DNA of 64,000 bases from Lachnospiraceae bacterium (GTDB lineage: Bacteria > Bacillota > Clostridia > Lachnospirales > Lachnospiraceae): positions 2,363-66,362 of the forward strand of contig WRBB01000016.1 of NCBI GenBank assembly GCA_009779895.1, written 5' to 3'. The notes under the pieces are model-generated. The model was not told the DNA's origin. It saw only the letters and a program-made list of their open reading frames with translations, and ran no database searches. Position numbers and translations under genes: made by a program. Of this stretch, positions 50,021 through 58,981 are shown one piece after another (the stretch's first letter is position 1; each line of letters begins with the position of its first letter).

Positions 50021-50947
50021 ATGAAAAAATGGAATGAAAAGCCCTATCATGGGCTAAACTACGAATTGCAGAAACAATTTGGAGAAAAACTTTATAAAAT
50101 CACCTTAAACCCAGGAATGACTTGCCCAAACCGGGACGGAACAGTGGGGACAGGCGGTTGTATTTTCTGTAGTGTGCAAGGCTCCGGCGACTTTGCGGGC
50201 AATCTGCAAAATACCATCAGCGAACAAATCAAACAAGGGAAAATCGCATTATCCCAAAAACGTTCTGCCCGCTCCTATATTGCTTATTTCCAAGCTTTTA
50301 CAAATACATACGGGCCTATTGATTTTTTGAAAAAAATATATTTTGAGGCCATCCATGACCCTGATGTCAAAATCCTCTCCATTGCCACCAGACCGGATTG
50401 TTTGGATGATGCCATCCTTGATTTGCTGAAACAAATCAACAAAATCAAGCCTGTTTGGATTGAACTGGGCCTACAAAGCATACATGAAACCACTGCCAGA
50501 TACATTCGCCGTGGTTACGCACTGGAAGTATTTGACCACGCCGTATGGAAGTTACAAAAAGCAGGGATTTGCGTCATCGTCCACATCATTCTTTGTTTAC
50601 CAAACGAAACACCCGAAATGATGCTTGAAACCATCGCACATTTAAACAAACTTAATATAAACGGAATCAAATTGCAATTGCTGCATATCTTAAAGGGTAC
50701 CGATTTGGCATCGGAATATCAAAAAAAACCTTTTTGGATACCCAATGAAGCAGAATATCTTGCATTACTTGCAAACTGTGTTGCACATTTAAAACCGAAC
50801 ATCACCATTCACCGTTTAACCGGCGATGGTCCAAAGGACTTATTGATCGCTCCCCTTTGGAGCAGTGCCAAACGCACGGTACTCAATCACTTTCATCAGT
50901 ATTTAAAAGAACATGATATCTGGCAAGGAAAGGAATATTATGAATGA
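50021..50947 (+). CDS. TIGR01212-family radical SAM protein
   Basis: 308 aa. MTCPNRDGTVGTGGCIFC cluster-binding region typical of this family. Confidence 0.85.
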   Translation: MKKWNEKPYHGLNYELQKQFGEKLYKITLNPGMTCPNRDGTVGTGGCIFCSVQGSGDFAGNLQNTISEQIKQGKIALSQKRSARSYIAYFQAFTNTYGPIDFLKKIYFEAIHDPDVKILSIATRPDCLDDAILDLLKQINKIKPVWIELGLQSIHETTARYIRRGYALEVFDHAVWKLQKAGICVIVHIILCLPNETPEMMLETIAHLNKLNINGIKLQLLHILKGTDLASEYQKKPFWIPNEAEYLALLANCVAHLKPNITIHRLTGDGPKDLLIAPLWSSAKRTVLNHFHQYLKEHDIWQGKEYYE

Positions 50948-51452
50948 TAAATTAGCACTTTATAAATTGATTATCCTGTATATGTTAAATGAAGTAAACT
51001 CTCCTATGACAACCGCTCAAATTTCAGAATTTGTATTATCAGAGGGCTACACCACTTTCTTTAAGATACAGGAATCACTCAATGATTTGGCTGATTCTGA
51101 CTTTTTAAAGATAGAAGCTACCCACACACGCACCCTTTATCACCTAACAGAAGAAGGGGCAAAGGCCGTCCATTATTTTAAGGATAGAATTTCACCTGCG
51201 ATTATTCAGGATATTCAAGCTTTTCTGAAAGAAAAACAGTACGACTTACAAGAGGAAGCAGGGGTAAAATCCAATTATTATGAAAATGACCAGGGTGAAT
51301 TTGTTGTACGTTGTCGGATTGTGGAAAATTATATCAACTTAATTGATCTAAAATTGGTAGTGCCCACAGAGGCAGAGGCAAAAGCAATTGCAGGGAATTG
51401 GACCCGGGTCAATCAAGCGGTTTATGCAAGGGTATTGGGAACATTACTTTAA
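50940..51452 (+). CDS. DUF4364-like protein
   Basis: Preferred start is ATG 50940 (MNDKLALYKLIILYML), overlapping the upstream gene end by 8 nt. Family assignment is from memory. Confidence 0.55.
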   Translation: MNDKLALYKLIILYMLNEVNSPMTTAQISEFVLSEGYTTFFKIQESLNDLADSDFLKIEATHTRTLYHLTEEGAKAVHYFKDRISPAIIQDIQAFLKEKQYDLQEEAGVKSNYYENDQGEFVVRCRIVENYINLIDLKLVVPTEAEAKAIAGNWTRVNQAVYARVLGTLL

Positions 51453-52748
51453 GATACGTTTTTGAATTTCCTTTTCATACCCGGAATCACTTGGCTCATA
51501 AATTTTCGCCTCCTGTATTTCATCCGGCAAGTATTGTTGCGCTACAAAATGCCCCGGAAAATCATGGGGATATAAATACCCAATCCCATTACCCAAAGCA
51601 CCCGCACCTTTGTAATGGGTATCACGCAAATGAGCAGGCACGGTGGTCTTTGTGCGATTTACCCATTGTTCCCCATTGCCCATTGCCACAACTACGCTAT
51701 TGCTTTTGGGTGCGCAAGCCACATACAGTGCTGCTTGGGTCAAAATAATCTGTGCCTCCGGCAAGCCGATTCGTTCTGCTGCCAAAGCTGCTGATACTGC
51801 CACTTGAATCGCCATAGGGTCTGCATTTCCCACATCTTCAGAAGCATGAATCATAATCCGACGAGCGATGAACTTGATATCTTCTCCTGCTGCAATCATT
51901 TTTGACAAATAATATACGGTTGCATCCGGGTCAGAACCCCGCATACTTTTGATAAAGGCAGAGATCGTATCGTAGTGATTGTCCCCATTTTTATCATAGG
52001 AAATCACTCGTTTTTGAATACACTCGGAGGCTACATCCAAAGTAATCCAAATAAAACCATCCTCACTACGCTCTGTGGTTAATATACCTAACTCTAAAGC
52101 ATTTAAAGCATTTCTGGCATCTCCCCCTGCCACATCCGCCAAAAAATCCAAAGCATCCTCTTTTATTTTTGCCCGAAACGCACCCATGCCCTTATCTTCC
52201 CTTTCAATGGCACGATTTAACAGCATCTTCACATCCTCTTTTTCCAAAGGTTTTAATTCAAATAAATTGGAGCGGGAAATCAAAGCTTGGTTTACTTCAA
52301 AAAAAGGATTTTCCGTAGTCGCACCAATCAAAGTAATAGTGCCGTCTTCTACAAAAGGCAACAAATAATCTTGTTGGCTTTTGTTAAAACGATGTATCTC
52401 ATCAATAAACAGAATTGTTTTCTTTTGATACATTGCCAAGGTATCTTTTGCCCCCTTTATCACCGCTTCCATATCTTTTTTCCCTGCTGTTGTTGCATTT
52501 ATCTGCTGAAATACAGCACTGGTAGAATTGGCAATGACCTTGGCAAGAGTGGTTTTACCCGTTCCCGGCGGCCCATAAAATAAAACAGAGCTTAATTTAT
52601 CTGCTGTAATAGCCCGATATAATAGCTTACCCTTACCGATAATATGTTGCTGCCCCACCACTTCATCCAAGGTTGTAGGGCGCATACGAGCCGCAAGGGG
52701 TGCCTCTTTTTCCTTGGTTTTTTCTCTGGCGTAGTCAAATAAATCCAT
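51444..52748 (-). CDS. rarA: Replication-associated recombination protein A (AAA+ ATPase)
   Basis: 434 aa. Walker A GPPGTGKTT, Walker B LFIDEIHRFNK, C-terminal MgsA domain. Confidence 0.93.
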   Translation of the reverse strand: MDLFDYAREKTKEKEAPLAARMRPTTLDEVVGQQHIIGKGKLLYRAITADKLSSVLFYGPPGTGKTTLAKVIANSTSAVFQQINATTAGKKDMEAVIKGAKDTLAMYQKKTILFIDEIHRFNKSQQDYLLPFVEDGTITLIGATTENPFFEVNQALISRSNLFELKPLEKEDVKMLLNRAIEREDKGMGAFRAKIKEDALDFLADVAGGDARNALNALELGILTTERSEDGFIWITLDVASECIQKRVISYDKNGDNHYDTISAFIKSMRGSDPDATVYYLSKMIAAGEDIKFIARRIMIHASEDVGNADPMAIQVAVSAALAAERIGLPEAQIILTQAALYVACAPKSNSVVVAMGNGEQWVNRTKTTVPAHLRDTHYKGAGALGNGIGYLYPHDFPGHFVAQQYLPDEIQEAKIYEPSDSGYEKEIQKRILK

Positions 52749-52815
52749 TTATATCCATCTCCTTATCGCTTCTCTTTTCATTTTATCACATCATACAACT
52801 TAATAGTTCAAAAGT

Positions 52816-52849
52816 AAGGGGGAAATCGAATTTGTCCGATTTCCCCCTT
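52816..52849 (-). terminator. Strong hairpin terminator after hydA
   Basis: AAGGGGGAAATCG-aatttgtc-CGATTTCCCCCTT, a 13-bp perfect stem flanked by T-rich sequence on both strands. Confidence 0.75.
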
Positions 52850-52868
52850 TTGTCTCAATTTTGATTTA

Positions 52869-54635
52869 CTAATCCAAAAACTCATTCACTTTACGTTTCT
52901 TATAAGAAGTATGTAAGATGTGATGTGCTTTATCTGCACCCGGTCCACCAACCAAATAGTCATCATACAACTTAATGATAGATGGATTTTTATGGGATTT
53001 ACGATATTCTCTCTTTACATCAATGTCATAAAGGACTTTTGCACGCAAACCTCTTACATCTGTGTGATTCCATGTTTCTGCATCACAATGTGGTTGCCCG
53101 CCGCCTGCAACGCAACCGCCCCAGCATCCCATCACTTCTATGAAGTCATAATCCGATGTACCGGCACGTACCTGATCCAAAATTTTCTTGGCATTGGTCA
53201 TACCGGAAGTAACAGCAATTTTCACGTCCTTGCCTGCCACATGAATGGTAGCCTCTTTGATGCCGTCCATACCACGTACTGCATGGAAATCTACATCTTT
53301 CAGTTCTTTATTTTCCAATCGTGCCACAAGGGTACGAAGTGCTGCTTCCGCAACACCGCCGGATGCACCAAAGATAACACCAGCTCCTGTAGAGTCTCCC
53401 ATGATATCATCGAATTTTTCATCCGGAAGATTACGGAAATCCAAACCAACTTTACGAATCATACGAGCCAATTCCCTTGTAGTAATAGAATAATCCACAT
53501 CAGGTATCCCCGGACCGGCCGCACTTTGGTCATCACGACCCGCTTCGTATTTTTTCGCTGTACAAGGCATAATACTGACGGATACAATATCTTTTGGATC
53601 AATCTTCTTTTCTGTAGCATAATAAGTCTTTGCAACTGCACCAAACATCTGCTGTGGCGATTTACAACTAGAAAGATTTTCTATCAATTCCGGATAATAA
53701 TGCTCACAGAATGATACCCAACCCGGCGAACAAGATGTAAACATCGGCATCTTGCCTACACCATCAATCAAACGCTTGCGGAACTCTTCCGACTCTTCCA
53801 TAATCGTCAAATCCGCACCAAAACAGGTGTCATACACACCATCAAACCCAATTCTTCTAAGAGCCGCTGCCATCTTGCCTTCCACGTCCGTCCCGATAGG
53901 ATAACCAAACTCTTCACCAAGAGCCGTACGCACAGAAGGAGCCGGTTGCACCACTACATACTTGGTCGGATCTGCAATGGCGGCCAACACTTCATCAATA
54001 TATGGTTTTTCTTGCAAAGCCGCTGTCGGGCAAACACTAACACATTGGCCGCAATGAATACAGCTGGTATCTCCCAGACCCATTTCAAAGGGCGAACCAA
54101 TCACCGTATCAAAACCACGATTGTTTGGTCCGATAACCGCTACATGCTGGCGTTGCTCACAGATAGAAGTACATCTGCGACATAAAATACATTTGTTGTT
54201 GTCACGAATTAAATGAGGCGCGGTTGTGTCAATTTCATGAATTGGTCTGTCTCCATCATAAAAACCGGAATCCTCTACGCCTAACTCTTGGCACATAGAC
54301 TGAAATTCACAGTTTCCACTACGCACACACTCCAAACAACGTCTGTCATGAGCAGAAAGCATCAACTCCAAGGTTTTCTTTCTAGACTTGATAAGCTGTG
54401 GGGTCGCTGTTAATACTTCCATGCCATCTGTTGCAGGATGTACACAAGCCGCCACTAGGTTTCTGGCACCTTTTACTTCCACCACACAAACACGACAGGC
54501 ACCGATTTCATTAATTTCTTTAAAATAACACAGGGTAGGAATCTTTACCCCAGCGAGATGGGCTGCATCCAAAATAGTAGAACCTTTGGGAGCAGATACC
54601 TCAATACCATTGATTTTTAACTTTATATTTTCCAT
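52869..54635 (-). CDS. hydA: [FeFe]-hydrogenase catalytic subunit (HydA/HndD type, multi Fe-S N-terminus) with an atypical P1 motif
   Basis: 588 aa. N-terminal 2Fe-2S (CYFKEINEIGACRVC), His-ligated cluster (HDRRCLECVRSGNC) and two 4Fe-4S motifs. H-cluster motifs: P1 TSCSPGW (canonical TSCCPxW), P2 MPCTAKKYE, P3 EVMGCWGGCVAGGGQP. Confidence 0.93.
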   Translation of the reverse strand: MENIKLKINGIEVSAPKGSTILDAAHLAGVKIPTLCYFKEINEIGACRVCVVEVKGARNLVAACVHPATDGMEVLTATPQLIKSRKKTLELMLSAHDRRCLECVRSGNCEFQSMCQELGVEDSGFYDGDRPIHEIDTTAPHLIRDNNKCILCRRCTSICEQRQHVAVIGPNNRGFDTVIGSPFEMGLGDTSCIHCGQCVSVCPTAALQEKPYIDEVLAAIADPTKYVVVQPAPSVRTALGEEFGYPIGTDVEGKMAAALRRIGFDGVYDTCFGADLTIMEESEEFRKRLIDGVGKMPMFTSCSPGWVSFCEHYYPELIENLSSCKSPQQMFGAVAKTYYATEKKIDPKDIVSVSIMPCTAKKYEAGRDDQSAAGPGIPDVDYSITTRELARMIRKVGLDFRNLPDEKFDDIMGDSTGAGVIFGASGGVAEAALRTLVARLENKELKDVDFHAVRGMDGIKEATIHVAGKDVKIAVTSGMTNAKKILDQVRAGTSDYDFIEVMGCWGGCVAGGGQPHCDAETWNHTDVRGLRAKVLYDIDVKREYRKSHKNPSIIKLYDDYLVGGPGADKAHHILHTSYKKRKVNEFLD

Positions 54636-54652
54636 TTAATCATCCTCCGCTC

Positions 54653-56461
54653 CTATTCTCTAACAATCGCCGCAATCTTCGGTGGGCATTTTTCCATACA
54701 AACACCGCACTTCACACAATCCTCTTGTCGAATCACATATACGCCTTTTTTCTTGCCTTCCATTTCTACATTGTCAATACAATTGGTCGGGCAATTCTTC
54801 GCACAAATACCACAGCCAATACACTTATCAGCAAGAACTTTGTATTGCAGCAACTCTTTACATTTTCCGGCAGGACACTTGTGATCTTTAATATGCGCAA
54901 GATACTCGTCTTTAAAGTAATCAAGAGTAGAAAGTACAGGGTTTGGAGCCGTTTGGCCCAAAGCACACAAAGAAGAAGTTTGAAGATGACGACACAGCTC
55001 TTCCAACTTATCCAAATCTTCCATAACCGCTTTGCCCTCTGTAATCTTGTCCAAAATCTCCAGCATGCGTTTGGTACCAACACGACAAGGTGTACATTTT
55101 CCACAAGACTCTTCTACAGTAAACTCTAAGAAAAACTTGGCAATATCAACCATACAATCATCTTCATCCATAACAATCAAGCCACCGGAACCCATCATGG
55201 AACCGATTTTTAATAGATTTCCAAAATCAATGGGCACATCATAATGAGCACGTGGAATACAACCACCGGATGGCCCACCTGTTTGCGCAGCCTTAAACTT
55301 CTTGCCGTTTGGTGTACCACCACCAATTTCTTCCACTACCTCACGCAAAGTCGTACCCATAGGAATCTCTACCAAACCAATATTTTTAACTTTCCCACCA
55401 AGGGCAAATACTTTGGTTCCCTTAGAATCTTCTGTACCCATACTCGCAAACCATTCCGGTCCGTTTAAGATAATTTGAGGCACATTTGCAAAGGTTTCTA
55501 CGTTATTTAAAATCGTCGGCTTAACAAATAAACCTTTTTCCGCAGGGAATGGAGGACGTGGTCTTGGTTCGCCACGATGCCCCTCAATGGAAGTCATCAA
55601 AGCTGTCTCTTCTCCACAAACAAAAGCACCCGCACCTAATCTAAGCTCTATATCAAAATCAAAACCACTGCCAAAAATATCTTTTCCTAATAAGCCATAT
55701 TCTCTCGCTTGATCAATGGCAATTTGCAAACGATCTACTGCAATGGGATACTCTGCACGAATATATACATAACCTTGATGTGCGCCGATGGTATAACCGG
55801 CTATAGCCATCGCTTCAATGACAGAATGGGGATCACCCTCCAAGATGGAACGATCCATAAAAGCACCCGGGTCACCCTCATCGGCATTGGCACAAACATA
55901 TTTGAAATCCGAATCATTGCCCAACGCAAATTTCCACTTCAAGCCCGTTGGAAAACCGGCTCCGCCACGACCTCTTAATCCACTATCTAACATAATCTGG
56001 ATAACTTCTTCTGGCGTTTTTTCTGTCAAAACCGTACCCAGTGCTTCATAACCTCTGTTCCCAATGTACTCTTCTATGCATTCCGGATCAATCACACCAC
56101 AGTTACGCAAAGCAACTCTGTGTTGTTTTTTGTAAAAATCAGTTTCATTCAAGGCGATAATTTCGCCCTCTTTCACTGTTTCATCATATAACAGTCTTTC
56201 GACCACTCTTCCCTTTAATAAATGCTCTGAAACAAGCTCTGCAATATCCTCTTCTTTTACCATAGAATAGAAAGAACCTTCCGGGTAAACAATCAAAATA
56301 GGACCTAAAGCACAAAGACCAAAACATCCTGTTTCAACAACGCTTACTTCTTCCGCAAGGCCTTGGATGCCGATTTCTTCTTCTAGTTTTTTTATAATGC
56401 CAACGCTACCGGAAGATTGACAGCCGGTACCACCGCAAACTAAGACATGTGAACGATACAT
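54653..56461 (-). CDS. hydB: NuoF-like NAD(P)H-binding flavoprotein subunit of the hydrogenase (HydB/HndC)
   Basis: 602 aa. N-terminal thioredoxin-like 2Fe-2S, GRGGAGFPTG FMN/NADH site, SLBB, and a 4Fe-4S plus two C-terminal ferredoxin-type clusters. Confidence 0.93.
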   Translation of the reverse strand: MYRSHVLVCGGTGCQSSGSVGIIKKLEEEIGIQGLAEEVSVVETGCFGLCALGPILIVYPEGSFYSMVKEEDIAELVSEHLLKGRVVERLLYDETVKEGEIIALNETDFYKKQHRVALRNCGVIDPECIEEYIGNRGYEALGTVLTEKTPEEVIQIMLDSGLRGRGGAGFPTGLKWKFALGNDSDFKYVCANADEGDPGAFMDRSILEGDPHSVIEAMAIAGYTIGAHQGYVYIRAEYPIAVDRLQIAIDQAREYGLLGKDIFGSGFDFDIELRLGAGAFVCGEETALMTSIEGHRGEPRPRPPFPAEKGLFVKPTILNNVETFANVPQIILNGPEWFASMGTEDSKGTKVFALGGKVKNIGLVEIPMGTTLREVVEEIGGGTPNGKKFKAAQTGGPSGGCIPRAHYDVPIDFGNLLKIGSMMGSGGLIVMDEDDCMVDIAKFFLEFTVEESCGKCTPCRVGTKRMLEILDKITEGKAVMEDLDKLEELCRHLQTSSLCALGQTAPNPVLSTLDYFKDEYLAHIKDHKCPAGKCKELLQYKVLADKCIGCGICAKNCPTNCIDNVEMEGKKKGVYVIRQEDCVKCGVCMEKCPPKIAAIVRE

Positions 56462-56487
56462 AAATTGCTAGCCTCCTTTACTTTTTG

Positions 56488-56859
56488 CTATTTTTGTGTT
56501 GTGCCTACTGTATATTTTCTAACAATCTGACCACCCTTGACGTGCATACGCATCACTTCCAATGCTTTCTCAGGGGTCATATTAACATAAGTCACCTTAT
56601 CTTTGCCCGGTTCCATCACTTCCAGAATTGGCTCATACTGACACAGTCCGATACAACCTGTTTGACTCACATTGACATTGGCTAAATGCTCTTCCTGCAC
56701 CATCTGTGCAACCGCTGCTAAAATCGGTCTTGCACCTGCGGCAATTCCACAAGTTGCCATGCCAATTACAACTCTTGTTTGCTCGGGACCTTCATAACGC
56801 ATACCAATGGTACCTTGTACCTTCTCCCGAATTGCTTTTAATTCATCCAGAGATTTCAT
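56488..56859 (-). CDS. Thioredoxin-like [2Fe-2S] ferredoxin (HndB-like)
   Basis: 123 aa. ATCGIAAG...CIGLCQYEP motif pattern. Confidence 0.8.
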   Translation of the reverse strand: MKSLDELKAIREKVQGTIGMRYEGPEQTRVVIGMATCGIAAGARPILAAVAQMVQEEHLANVNVSQTGCIGLCQYEPILEVMEPGKDKVTYVNMTPEKALEVMRMHVKGGQIVRKYTVGTTQK

Positions 56860-57422
56860 ATTTTTCCTCCATTTTCATCATCCACTTCCTTTTTATTCTC
56901 TACCAAATAATCTTTGATAAACAGGGAAACCTCCCTTTGAGAAAAAGAAACATCCTCTCCCACAATCTCCCGCATCTCTCTGGTATCCAAAGTAAACACT
57001 CTTTCATCATAGGAATAGGTGTATCTAAAGTGTGTGTGTTCATTAAATACAACCAATGTATATATTGTTTCGCTCATATCCCCAAGGGGCATTCGATCAA
57101 TATGTGACAATCGAAATACCGACTCGACCTTTGTTCCCTTACCTGCTTCAGAGGTAATCTCAAAACCTCCGCCTGTCATCTCTGCTGCCTGCTTTAAAAA
57201 AGGTACACCCAAACCGACTTTTCGCGTGGTTCGTGTAGTAAAGAAAGGGTCTTGCACCTGCTCTAACTGCTGCACACTCATACCACAACCATCATCTTTT
57301 ATCAAAACCGTAAGGGTATCCTCCTTTGTACAAATCGCCACCGTAATTTCAATCAGCTTTGCGTCGGCACGGACAGAGTTTTCCGCCACATCCAAAATAT
57401 TTAGGGATATTTCCGGCATCAT
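56856..57422 (-). CDS. Stand-alone GHKL (HATPase_c) ATP-binding protein embedded in the hydrogenase operon
   Basis: Preferred start is MMPEISLNILDVAENS (22 aa shorter than the track ORF). N box DVAENS, G1 DDGCGM, G2 GLGVP. No HisKA/DHp domain. Confidence 0.8.
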   Translation of the reverse strand: MMPEISLNILDVAENSVRADAKLIEITVAICTKEDTLTVLIKDDGCGMSVQQLEQVQDPFFTTRTTRKVGLGVPFLKQAAEMTGGGFEITSEAGKGTKVESVFRLSHIDRMPLGDMSETIYTLVVFNEHTHFRYTYSYDERVFTLDTREMREIVGEDVSFSQREVSLFIKDYLVENKKEVDDENGGKI

Positions 57423-57426
57423 AAGT

Positions 57427-57921
57427 TTATTCGTATTGTGCCAACATCGGATCGATATCATCCAATGTAAGACGCCCGTGTACATCACTGTTAATGGTTA
57501 AAACAGGAGCCAAACCACAAGCACCTATGCAACGACATCCATCCAATGAAAACTTACCATCCGGTGTACACTCACCACCTTTGATGCCTAGTTTTTTTTC
57601 GATAACCTCAAAGATGTCTCCGGCCCCAATCACATAACAAGCCGTTCCCAGACAGACAGAAATATGATATTTACCTTTTGGTGTTAGTGAGAATTGGGAA
57701 TAAAATGTAACGATTCCGTACACTTTTTCCAAAGAAATACCCGTCTCATCTGAAATCATTGTTTGCACTTCAATGGGCAAATATCCATAAATATCTTGCG
57801 CCTTTTGCAAAATGGGCATCAACGCGCCCCTTTCATCCTTGTGTGCAGCAATCATTGCCAATAGCTGCTTTTCCTGTTCCTTTGTCCCTTCAAAAGGAGG
57901 GACTTGTGTTCTTTCAAGCAT
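57427..57921 (-). CDS. hydC: NuoE-like [2Fe-2S] subunit of the hydrogenase (HydC/HndA)
   Basis: Preferred start is ATG 57921 (MLERTQVPPF, GGAGG about 8 nt upstream). CLGTACYV...CRCIGACGLAP cluster motif. Confidence 0.9.
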   Translation of the reverse strand: MLERTQVPPFEGTKEQEKQLLAMIAAHKDERGALMPILQKAQDIYGYLPIEVQTMISDETGISLEKVYGIVTFYSQFSLTPKGKYHISVCLGTACYVIGAGDIFEVIEKKLGIKGGECTPDGKFSLDGCRCIGACGLAPVLTINSDVHGRLTLDDIDPMLAQYE

Positions 57922-58119
57922 GAAATAACCTCCATTTCTTTCGTCAATGATGAATAACAATACAAATTCATCCTACCATAAACGTACAAAACTTTCTAGT
58001 AACGCACAATCATTTTGTGATATTTTTTTGGCATTCTTTTGCCTAATGTATTCAGATATCATTGCCTTTCATGAAATCAAGTGCTATACTTTTAGATATT
58101 ATTGTATAAAATGCACAAG

Positions 58120-58148
58120 AATATAGTAAATTGTCCAGAATTTAACAA
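58120..58148 (-). promoter_or_regulatory. Candidate promoter of the hydrogenase operon
   Basis: Minus strand reads TTGTTA (58143-58148), a 17-nt spacer, then TATATT (58120-58125). It lies about 195 nt upstream of the hydC ATG. Confidence 0.5.
58131..58148. promoter_or_regulatory. Candidate Rex operator
   Basis: The minus strand reads TTGTTAAattcTGGACAA against the remembered Clostridial Rex consensus TTGTTAAnnnnTTAACAA (7/7 and 5/7 half-sites). It overlaps the -35 of the hydrogenase promoter and lies 46-63 nt upstream of the divergent DRTGG gene. Confidence 0.45.
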
Positions 58149-58193
58149 TGCTTTATCGCTATATTGTATTGAAAAAAATGCAAAGGAGAAACC

Positions 58194-58538
58194 ATGAAAA
58201 TCAAAGAAATTCAAGATATTTTAGAGGCTAAAATTTTATGTGGTGCGCATCTACTTGATACAGACGTAACCCATGCTTGTGCGGCCGATTTGATGAGTGA
58301 CGTTTTGGCTTACGACCACAGCAGCTCCGTTTTGCTCACCGGTCTATGCAATCCACAAGTTGTACGCACTGCTGAAATGTTGGACATCCGCTGTTTGGTT
58401 TTTGTCCGCAACAAAGCACCCGATGAACAAACCTTAGAACTTGCCAAGAGCAAAGACATCGTTGTTATGACTACCTATCACATGATGTTTTCTTCTTGTG
58501 GGCTCTTATACCAAAATGGTATGCGAGGAGGTGCCTAG
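58194..58538 (+). CDS. DRTGG domain protein
   Basis: 114 aa. CAADLMSDVL...LLTGL pattern typical of small DRTGG proteins. AGGAGA RBS. Confidence 0.75.
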   Translation: MKIKEIQDILEAKILCGAHLLDTDVTHACAADLMSDVLAYDHSSSVLLTGLCNPQVVRTAEMLDIRCLVFVRNKAPDEQTLELAKSKDIVVMTTYHMMFSSCGLLYQNGMRGGA

Positions 58539-58540
58539 TC

Positions 58541-58963
58541 TTGGCTACACACCACATTTTAAATTATGTTGTACCCGGTGATGATTTTACACGAGCCGGT
58601 GAAGCCAGCAGTGCGGTAAAAAACACCTTAAAACAACTTGGCATCGACAACGCTGCCATTCGTAAGGTTTCCATTGCCATCTACGAGGGGGAAATCAATA
58701 TGGTTATTCATGCCGGCGGCGGAACCATCACGGTAGACATCAGCGATCAAGAGGTTGCCATGATTCTACAAGATAAAGGACCAGGTATTGCTGATATTAG
58801 CAAAGCTATGGAAGAAGGATTTTCTACGGCACCTGATGAAATTCGTTTATTAGGCTTTGGTGCCGGTATGGGCTTACCCAATATGCGTAAATTTACTGAT
58901 GAATTTAATCTACAATCTACCCTTGGCATTGGTACCACCGTTACTATGAAAGTTAAGTTCTAA
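58541..58963 (+). CDS. Anti-sigma-factor-like serine kinase / GHKL ATPase (RsbW/SpoIIAB-like)
   Basis: Preferred start is TTG 58541 (GGAGG about 9 nt upstream, 2 nt after the preceding stop); the track ORF starts at 58496 inside the upstream gene. G1 DKGPGI and G2 GAGMGLPNM. Confidence 0.7.
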   Translation: MATHHILNYVVPGDDFTRAGEASSAVKNTLKQLGIDNAAIRKVSIAIYEGEINMVIHAGGGTITVDISDQEVAMILQDKGPGIADISKAMEEGFSTAPDEIRLLGFGAGMGLPNMRKFTDEFNLQSTLGIGTTVTMKVKF

Positions 58964-58981
58964 ATTTATAAGGATTTTGAT

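Noticed and set aside
52920-53714. 264-aa plus-strand ORF. Similar long antisense ORFs occur at 33601-34236, 16043-16456, 57019-57501 and 60235-60651.
   Set aside because: They are antisense to strongly supported genes (hydA, ptsI, accC, the GHKL gene, the HydS-like gene). They show shadow-ORF composition and have no independent support.
58005-58019. Inverted repeat CACAAtcattTTGTG in the hydrogenase control region as a Rex box.
   Set aside because: The half-sites are in the wrong order and spacing relative to TTGTGAA-N4-TTCACAA. The 58131-58148 element is a better candidate.
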